NCBI GenBank assembly: GCA_965649765.1
Contig: OZ287761.1
Coordinates: forward strand, 7,688,001-7,752,000
Direction: 5' to 3'
Length of the DNA stretch: 64,000 nt
From: Bispira polyomma
Taxonomy: Eukaryota
The notes beneath the pieces were generated by a model. It did no database searches. It worked only from the letters and a program-made list of their open reading frames with translations, and was not told the DNA's origin. A program made the position numbers and the translations under genes. Shown here piece by piece: positions 54,221 to 64,000 of the stretch (positions within the stretch are counted from its first letter, which is position 1; each line of letters opens with the position of its first letter).

Positions 54221-57200
54221 ACATAGATATAGATTGCCCTTTAATTATAGTTGGAAATCACTTAGACATGTTGTCGCCATGCTGCCTGTCACTACGGCTT
54301 TTAGTCAAGAAATCTCAAGTATGCAGTCAGATTTGAGAGATATCTTTCTTGTATACAAAGATACACAGCAGGTCTTATTTTGAGTCAATGGTGATTATAA
54401 GTTTGAAGTGCTTTGATAAGTGCTGGCCCTGCTCAGTGATATAAATGTCTTGAGATTTACAAGATTCAAATACCATTTGCAGTGAGCTGGAACTTAACAT
54501 CTAGATTCTTTACCCTGAACTTCCAAACACAAAACGACTAATGCCATATTTTGAGAAATACTTCAAATAGAATATGTACACATCGTATATGTACCCTAAT
54601 AATTTTTGTCGAGTAAGTAGACTAAACATTTTATTCTTTACTAAATTGCTACACTTAGTCACACAAAAGTGTAAGTTTTATTTTTAATTCTTATTTGAAA
54701 ACTAATTTTCACTATTTGAGTTAATTAGTTTAAAATTAATTCCTAGTAAAAATGTCCACTTATATACAGTGTTTTAATGTCTATTAATACTTCAAATATA
54801 CACACCACAGACTAATGGACAGGGATCGTCACTCTTTGTGCTATTGACAAACCTTAGGCCTTTTGTTTTGTTATCCATTTTAAAGAAAAAGTTGCATCAG
54901 GTAAATTTGACAGGAAACAGCAAATAAGGAAAGCACACCCTGCTATGGAACAGCCACGGTGAAAGGTACACAATAGTCCATTAACACTATATATATGCAA
55001 TGTTAATCAAAATCCTACAATTCTACAGTCATAACTACAATTAACCAGATAGGTCAAAGTTGATCTTAAAAATATTTTTACAGAAAGTTTCAGCAGGTCA
55101 AATCTGTTGAATTGTATTTGACCAACAAAAACAATAATCTAATGCTTGCATGTCAATCTCTGGATGGACATGTTGGACTCAACTACAATGATAATATGTT
55201 CACAATAATGTCATGCATGCAACACACTTTTCATCTTAGAGTATGGAACTTGAGCTAAATTAGTAAATGATACACATGGTCTTGCATTCTTCATTCTGCA
55301 TTACTCTACATGTTTAAAAATCACTACCCCAAAATATGTAGTGAGTTCAAGGTGAAAGTGTGTTAACAATGTCAATTGAAAGTCATGATAAAATCAGGTT
55401 GAATAAAGATTGATGCTGTTTCGGCAAATTTATTTTCAGTTATAATTTACATCTATACATAAATTATATAAGCAGGCACAATCTGATACTGTTTTCATTC
55501 GAATGGAGAAGGGTTCTGCCATGTTAAAAACAATATGTAAGGCCTTCAAGGTTTAGTTGAAAGCAATCGACTCATCGTAACTGAGGGGTATCAGATTAGT
55601 ATTTGTTGGGGTGCCAATCGGGCCTAAGTATAGAGTGGCCATATCAACATTGGTTTTTTAACACCGTGTGCCTATGTCTCTTGTTTAATATGATCAATGC
55701 CAACAAGCGGCTACACAAATTAAAGATCCTTAATGTTTTAATATGTAGTAGTAACACACAGGAAGACTTATTAGTCATCACAAGTTTTCAACTAAGAGTC
55801 TACTTTCCATTGGAAGTGCATGTTATACTCCTTTAAAATATCTAAATTCAACACTGGAATCTTTGTTAAAGTGGCTTCCACATATACCCTGAACCAACAG
55901 AAAACATGAAGGAATCAATTTTACCTATTGTTCCTACATCCTGTCACATTTTGTCATTCAGAAGCTGTAATATGCTGTCTACTGCTTTTATTTAAAGTAA
56001 AACTAATGTCCTGCTCTTTTTTGCTTTTTTTTTTTTTTTTTTTTTTTGGTCTACTAGAGGAACCATTGGATAAAACACATGACAAACGACTTCCAATCAG
56101 TCCAAATAAAAGCACTTTGTGATCTGCATGAAAAGCAGATTTAAAATGGAGAAGGTTTTTTTTGATAATTTGTAAAGCGGACTGGGTGTTAAACTAATAA
56201 CCAGCCTTCACAATATAATCGTCTAAATGGTTGTCAGTCTATACCAATATAAAAGTGACCTAACCTTGTCTTCAGCATTTGATCATAAAAATGACCAGGT
56301 ATTTTTAATTTGCAACATCACTATAGCACCAACTTATGATGCAATCTTACAATTGTTGTTGTTAAATACACAATAATGGATTTAATTCTTAGGGATCCGT
56401 TGTGACATTACAATGCTTTTTAATAGAGTGCTGCTTTTTTTTCTTATTCTACTCTGGGGAACGATACATTTAAAAACTGTGATTTACTACAGCTAAAGCA
56501 TTGTGAAGCTACTTCTTTTGTGAGTTATAAAATCCATGAAATATGCAGTTTAAAAGGGATAATTAATCAACAGATGATACAATAAAGTAAATCATTCTTA
56601 GAAACTAAAAAAAAATTTGCAGAAACTTTTAAATGTAGCATTTGTTAACAGCTTACATCCTTCAGTGTTAGCCTTGGTCGTTCTGTTAGATACAACAATT
56701 ATGTGTAATATCGAAACCTTGTTTACAAAAAAAGAGACGAAAGATTATATTCCTGTTTTTATTCTGAATAAAGTTTTGCGATACATTTCTATGGCAATGT
56801 CAAATTTCAGTAACCCACACTGAATAGCTGGTTAGGTTCCAGCCCGCTAGTTTTATCAAAATCCATTTGTTACTGAACTTTATACAATATCTAGCAAATA
56901 ATAACCCAACACTTGCACCACTGAAAGCCAGCTCTTATGAATTGCAGTCCTTACAGTGGATTCCTTGTCATATAAAAAATTGGTGTTCTTTGAAAAATCA
57001 ATAAAACATACTAGGATATAGTTACTTACTTGATTTTATATGCATCGTGTAATTACATAGAGCCATGTAGACTTTACAATTTGTGGGTATTTGTGTTTCT
57101 TTAAAGATTTTTTTTTTAGTAACCAATCAAAATAGCCAATAAAAATGCACTTATGGTATTTTAAGTTCCATGTAAATATATTATTGCTGTTTAAGTAGGG

Positions 57201-60200
57201 CTTAGTGTGATATTTTGATTTCAGACAGATAGTCTACTTTATTTGCATTGTTGTTAAATGTTGGATCTTTTTTGTTATAAAATACTGTTGATGTTCATTA
57301 AATATAGGCTACCGTTACTTAATGCTTGTTGATGTCTATCAAATCTGTAGTATGTAAATATAAAGAAAAGTCAAAGAACATGCAATTTTTATTTTCCATT
57401 TTAAACTTAATCATGACTTTTTTCATTTGCCAAAAAGTTAAATTCATTAAAATTATTTAACAATTTTAAATTAAAAGTAACAATTTTTAGATTGAAAATA
57501 ACCATGTGGTAAAGTTAAACTACCTGTACTAATCGACTTACGTAGCTAATTTTCTTTGTAAAACAGACAAATGTATTGTTAATGTATCAGTGTCAATAAA
57601 AAAATTAAATTCTCATGAAGCAATTTATTCATCAATACCAATTTCTATAGCATTTTGGGCCTTAGATTACAAAGAGATTTCTTATCACGCCCACATATTT
57701 TAACAACAGTAAAGCCTTCTGTAATAGTTGAATGGGTCCTACAATAAACCAGGCAAATTTCAGTTTTTTTGGGACTCACTGAATGGAGCCTTGCATGAGC
57801 AGATATGCCATGTTCTTCAGTGTGACAATGGAAGTCATTCAGTGTATGGTATAAGGAATTCCTGTGTGTGATTGTCTCTAGTCACTTTTTAATTTCCTCC
57901 CATGTCATAAATTTAATAAATTGCTCCAGGAAAAAAATTTAACTTTTTTAGCAAAAAACAAAAAAGGTTTTTTATCAAGCACAGCCTAATATTGTTTTTA
58001 CTCTGAAAAGGGCCCAACCATGTTGAAAAGCACCGCCATGTTTAAAATAATATGTAAGGCCTTCATGGATTGGTTGGAAGCAATTAACCTGGCCAAACTG
58101 AGGGTGTGTGAGCTTAATATTTCTTACACTGTGTGCCTGGGTCTTTTTCAAAAAGACATCTCCTGTTTATATTTTCCAGTAGAACAAAATGGAAATCACA
58201 GACCAGACAGTTCTGATAAATTGTCCTCCATAAAGGAGTGACAATGTAACAACTTGTCTTTTGTGCCCAATCAGTCAGCATTACCATATAAAGAGAGACG
58301 ATTGATGCAAAACCTGAGTAGCAACACGCCAAACCAGCTTTGCTTCTAATGTTCAGTTTACTGAACCATATGATGAAGTCAGCAGAGGTCTGAAGTCTAG
58401 GTATTTATTAGAACTCAAAAAGGGATGGAATTTGTTATTGTAGGGTAAAAACATGTTGGGAAGTAGACGTTAGGTAAATGCCTAGTAAAAGTTATTAAGG
58501 TGTTAGTTATGGTTGCCACATTCTTTTCTCTGGTAGTAAGTCCAATGCACATACAAGACAAGATGAAGACAATGTATGCTATTGTCAATGTGTATACAGA
58601 ATACAATTTGTTTGGAAGATAAAACATGCTCTTTTAAAATACAACCAGAAACTGACATTTAATATGTTGGCTGTTATTTAAGGAACCCAAATATACTAAT
58701 AAAACAAACCATTTGATTAGTGGAGATATACAACAAAAGATATGTTTAAAAAACTATCAAAGATGGGAGAAGTTATATTATGCAATCACAGTGAGGGCTT
58801 CTTTCTGAAGTAAAGGGCAATAACTAACTTACAAATACATAGTTAAACTATCCCTTAATATATTACCTTAATATAAATGTGCATCTGCAGTATCAAATTT
58901 GAAATCAACATATTGTCTGGGGGAGAAGTGGCAAGTACCACTTTTTTATTGGAAGACATACTAAATGAAGACGAGTTCCTTGTTTGCCTGTATAGCTTTA
59001 CAATCTCCTCCCTTGTAGAACCTGGTAACAGTTTGGGGGTAGATACAATTGATCACACTCGACAAAACCTGAGTCACTATAAATATGTCGATTAATGTTG
59101 GGTTATGAAGTTTTCAGCTGCTAAATAGACCATAGACCACAAAAAAGGTAAGGGTGGTTCATAGTCCTCCCAGGGGAAATATGGGGCTGTATTCATAGAT
59201 ATTCGTAGGATGTTCTTTGTCTAAGCTAATTAGATCTTTTCGGAAGAATACTTTCATTCAATCAAATGGTTGAGACAAATATATAAAAATAAGAATGTTT
59301 GTGACTATCAGGCCTGGACTTCTAAACAAGGTATACTTAAAAATTATCAATGTTTGCTATATACAGGTCTTATTTAGTGGATAGCCTCCTTGTTGGGTAT
59401 TGTTTATAAATGACCATCAGACATATCCTCAATCTCACATGCTTTAGTAAATATACAATACTTGCTAGTAGACACACTAAAACTGAACTTTTAGTATTGT
59501 TGAAGCATTAAAATAGTTGCCCCAAAATTGATATATAATCTTTCAAGGCACTCACTCTCCAAAAGGGATGGTTCTACACCATAGCTTCGGTCGTCATTTG
59601 CAGGCAATGACATGTTCACATCTTAACCAATGGATGTTATCTGACCAAATAACATAGTGGCATTAATGGGAGTTGAACCTGGGGACCACCAGATCAACTC
59701 CCCAAACCAAGGAGTCAAACCTGGGATCTTCTGACCCCCCAGTGCAACTCCCTAACTACTACTAGGCCATGGGGAATCACTTGAGTCACTCAAGTAGGAA
59801 TTTGTTTTCATGGCCATACTGTCATTTTAACAAAAATACAGGCATAAACACCCAGTTTACAAATATATATTGGACCCAGTAAAAACCTAAATATTCTAAC
59901 TACATGTACTTAGGGACTCAAATGAAGAAAGCGTTGCTAATTCAAGGTCAAATACAGTAACTAGTCTCCATATCAGTCACATGATTTATATCCTTGTCAT
60001 GCAATAGCCATGGGATGTATATAGTTGGATATGGTCAAGGCTATATGTCTGCTACATATATATGATATATGTGGATGGGTCTTTGGTGTAATTGCTCTAT
60101 TGAAATAATAACTAAAAATATATATATGTATGTATCATTAATGAGATTGGACTTGCCAGAGATCCATAAAGAAGTCAATAGAATCATATATCATATTTGT

Positions 60201-60389
60201 AGTGAGGGATTTTATGACTTTATGCTACAGTGCGATTTTATGCTCTAGTGTTTTGTTTATGATGATGGTTTTTAAAAGTAAGCCATTAAGGTGTCATAAT
60301 ATGGGGTAATTGAAAAGCTCATAGACAGACACTGCTAGTGTTTTTTTATGTACCAATACAACGGTATGCCATTTAGTGCAGTTAATAAT

Positions 60390-60890
60390 AGCCCAGTCAC
60401 ACCTACACGTAGCATCGTAACCCAACGTAAGTAAGCAATTTCACTGAAAATGTAGTAGTTTGTGTCAAAGTGACGTCATTTCCATGAAGGGGGAGTTGAT
60501 TGTGACGTTTTTGTCACGTTTTATGACGTTTCGTGACGATGTTTATAGTTATGCACACAAAGCAGAGGCAAAAATCGATCACTTTACTGGTAGGATATCA
60601 CTACCTACAACTACGTAAATATACTGTTTGCTACTTACGGCTTCGTCTTGCTGCCTAGTGAAAAGTTCCACGATGAATACAGACGAGTGGAGACAATGTC
60701 ACTACTTACTCCTACATAATGATACATACACAGACGAGTGGAGACGTCCTCGAGAAACGGAGAGCTCTGTCACGATTATTTTAAACAGTTTGAAATAATT
60801 GTTGTAGGGGACCAAACGGAGACGTTTCCGGAATGATATCATCCATTAAGCAACGTCACAGAACGAATGCACCAGGGATCCTCACTTAGG
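60390..60890. mobile_element. CpG-rich insertion, probable non-autonomous DNA transposon fragment (one Harbinger-like end)
   Basis: Absent from A (~32033) and B (~45067); begins AGCCCAGTCACACC just after TAAT; many ACG/CGT motifs; matching right TIR not found. Confidence 0.55.
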
Positions 60891-61830
60891 CATTTCCTCT
60901 CAATGTCAAAACTATGACAAGTAATTCTTCTTTTGGGAATGAAAAGCTATAGAATCATTTTATGATGAAGCTGTCTTTTAATGCAGAAACAATACATTTA
61001 ATTTCCACCAGGAAAACATAGTCCCTCCTGCTTTAGTAGTATAACAAAGTAAATTTAGACTTTAAAGCTGACTATCATCTCAGTAAATATAAAAAACATA
61101 TATGGAGTACAAATGGCCTGTAGTCAAATGCGTTTTTTTTATCAAAATCTTTAAACAAAACCCCATAAAGATTATATTCTATATAAAAACTATAGTTGAT
61201 GAAGAAACAAGTTACTTAGAGACAGCATCAAGTGTTCTGTGGTTTTAATTGTGTTACCTTAAACCTAATAGAATTTTACTTTATATCATGAAGCTGTGGA
61301 AAAATAAACATGTTCTGTAATACTTAAAGAGCCAAGCCTAAGACATGTTTATAGATATTTCTACTGGAACCAGAGCAAAATTGTTTTTTTTAATCTTCAT
61401 CACTGCCACAAAGTAGCATGGCTAGTCAGCCGCGGAAATGCTATACTTTACTGTACTTCTGTTTTCAAAACTACTTGCTTATCACAGTCACTTCTCACCC
61501 CAATGCTGCATTCAGATAACACCTCCACTCTCCTCGGCGTTTCCCGCCTTTCTTATAATCTCACTGATAAGTCAGAAGACAAATCTCTCTTACTCTCCCC
61601 AGCACTTTCGCGCCCTTTGTATGATAAGCTCATTATTAAGTCAGAAATCAAACTAACAAACTATCAAAAATCTTAAGACATCAGCGGCCATATTGGAAAT
61701 TTTTATACATTATAACTAAAAATCCAATTGCCTGCTTAAGTGTCTATTATTTTACAAAATTACAACAAGTTTCACACGGAGGATAATATTGTGCATCTTT
61801 TAAGTTAATTTGTGTGGATATTACTTAAAA

Positions 61831-62912
61831 ATGGGGAGAGGAAAAAAGAAAAACTCTATTGAAACAGCCTCATGTACTAGATGTGAAATCTTCCACACAC
61901 GACCAGTAGGAAATCGTTGCAAACGAACCGCAGACACAAGAGATGATCTTCTCCAGCCTAGCTTTGATAGTGATGATCAAAGCAGTGTTTCTGAAGCAAG
62001 TGGCCAAGTTAGCAGTGAAAAATTCTATCGTGAGGCATACTCCACACAGCAGAATATGATGGAAACTCTGTTATCTACAGTCTCCAAGCGACTCATCCTC
62101 TCCCTACAGATTCTCCTTCACGTCACCTCACTAGTTCACAGAGCCGGTATGATCATGAAGCCACTCAACATGCTCTCAAAGATACCATTCTCCCGACTCC
62201 CGAAGTGCTGAAGCAGTCGTCCCTCATACAGAACGAGGTCTCCAAACGACTAGCGAGATATGAAGCCTGGGCCACAGATGAGAGCATTCAAGGTAAGTTC
62301 ACTACCAAGCGAAAATCTGGGCGCTACAATACCTCTGAATTATGTGTATCTGACCCCATGAAGCGGTGGCCGAACGAGGCCTGCTTATCTGGTGTTAACA
62401 AAAAGCGTGTATCTTTTGATGAATTGTCAGTCTCACAGTCCGCTGCTGGCCAGATCCAAAATATTCTTGAGGTTAAGAATCCTGATATTTCACGAGCCAT
62501 GCTATCCCAACTAGCAGACACCCTCAAAGATGCCTCCAACATCTCTTGGGAGATCACTCGTGGAGCATACGCCAGTAATATGCATGATATTGAAGAGGGC
62601 CGTTTGAGTTGGATCAATGACACAAAATGGAATATGAATCGGCTTTCTTATTCTCAAGCCCTCATATCCAGTACTACCGCACCATCGACCAGTTCGTTTT
62701 ATGCTTCATCTTCAAACAAAAATGAAATGCCTTGCAGGCGTTACCAAAAAAAGGACTGCCAACACCAAAAAGATCATGAGGGCAATAACATTACATTCCG
62801 TCATATCTGTGCCAACTGTTTCCGACTCAACAAGAGAATGAACCCACATCCCGAGTCGAAATGTTTCAAGTTACACGGACGCCCAAATGCGCCCGCGAAC
62901 GCCCCTCAATAG
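61831..62912 (+). pseudogene. gag-like ORF1 of element 2, frameshifted
   Basis: MGRGKKK..CTRCEIFHTRPVGNRC; KSGRYN..RWPNE..FDELS..AAGQI..IEEGRLSW; finger CRRYQKKDC..H..HICANC..HPESKC; two frames needed. Confidence 0.85.
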
Positions 62913-63630
62913 GGACGCGGACTGCCAGCAGACACCACAGCTACTCACCTTAAGTACACTTCTGATGTCGTTATTAACCATTGTGTACTGACAAGAAGTT
63001 GTGATTTAACCAGTAGTACTAATAAGCAAACTTGTAAGAAAAACAGTTTTAAGAATGATTTCATAAATAATTTTAGTTGTCAACTCAATGAGTCAATTAC
63101 TCAATTGAGTTATAGTGATGCCAGTAAGACATCTCAAGCATTACCTGGCACTGTTCCCTTAATGACTTATGTAGGCAAGAATTGCCTGTTAAATTGAATG
63201 TTATGAACTCTTTTCAGTGTGATAATAATGGTCAAAAACCATCAGCTGTCTTTCATACAGTAGACGTTTATATTAGCACCAGTAATTTTAAGTCTGATTG
63301 TCTAACTCATTGCTATATCGTTTGTTATGATGAGTCATGTATTTCAGGTGTATACAAATGGACTTATGGCCAAAATATCACATATGGCCTTTATCCTATG
63401 TGAACACCAGTTGTGCCACAACACTACGTCACACTCAACCAAATCAGCCAAAAAATCGTGCAAAACATAATGTGGCACATACACACACAAAAATTGGACA
63501 AACTTTCTATTATACAGATATCATTGACAAGATTTGCAAGTCAAATTTTCAACACCAGAGCAATTCAGATTGTAGCCATCAAGCCCACTTACCCCTTGAG
63601 TATCAAATTAATCAAGGTAATGCACTAGTA

Positions 63631-63875
63631 CATAATGACAAGGTTATGAGTCAAAAACCTATATTAGTGCATAATGAAACGTCTATGATTCAAAAACTTA
63701 CATTAGTGCATAATGAAACTTCTAGGATTTAAAAACCTATATTAGTTCACAATGATACTTCTGTGATTTAAAAATCTACATTAGTGCATAATGAAACTTC
63801 TATGATACAAAAACCTATATTAGTGCACAATGACGATTCTATTATTCAAAAACCTACATTTGTACATAATGAAGA
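63631..63875 (+). repeat. 39-bp tandem repeat (~6 copies) inside element 2's pre-RT region
   Basis: CATAATGAAACTTCTATGATTCAAAAACCTATATTAGTG; encodes HNETSMIQKPILV; two copies carry TAA where the others have CAA. Confidence 0.9.
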
Positions 63876-64000
63876 CGTCATGATTAATGACATTTTACCA
63901 CTTCAATCATCAGACACTAATGTGGACAATGTCGAACATGAATCCTTTCTTATTTCTAGGGACAGAGCTTATGGTTTCATACCACACAGAAAGTACAGTT

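Larger units (their letters stand above)
46330..61393 (+). repeat. Copy C of the ~15-kb tandem duplication (interrupted by element 2)
   Basis: Collinear with A and B; private insertions at 51991, 53966, ~56550-56940, ~57120-57990 and 60390. Confidence 0.93.
61394..64000 (+). mobile_element. Second Ngaro-like YR retrotransposon (different family), 5' part only; element 2
   Basis: Homology to A and B stops at TTTTTAA|61394; gag homologous to element 1; the last codons (YGFIP) resemble VGFIK preceding the RT of element 1. Confidence 0.82.

Overview
AT-rich eukaryotic genomic DNA, most likely an invertebrate animal (spliceosomal introns, tRNA-derived SINEs, MITEs, LINE fragment, one N gap). The first ~16 kb is mostly unique sequence. 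It holds a disrupted ankyrin+CARD coding region (1-568), an intact two-coding-exon CD225/dispanin gene with a very long low-complexity N-terminus (3559-5873), a ~2 kb 39-bp minisatellite, and scattered SINEs/MITEs. From ~16.5 kb to ~61.4 kb the sequence is three head-to-tail copies (A, B, C) of a ~15 kb unit with no gene I can detect; the copies are mosaics of one another and carry different insertions and deletions. Two divergent Ngaro-like tyrosine-recombinase (YR) retrotransposons sit inside this array: a decayed gag/RT-RNaseH/YR element at 22160-27345 and a second family from ~61394 running off the window. The paralogous copies supply empty target sites, so insertion junctions can be read to the base. 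Most interesting points: (i) the first YR element is bounded by a TGT trinucleotide yet has no visible terminal repeats; (ii) a phase-compatible splice donor in gag and acceptor before the start-less YR N-terminus suggest a spliced gag::YR fusion; (iii) a SINE dimer carries a junction copied from another locus in the array. All alignments and identities were judged by eye.
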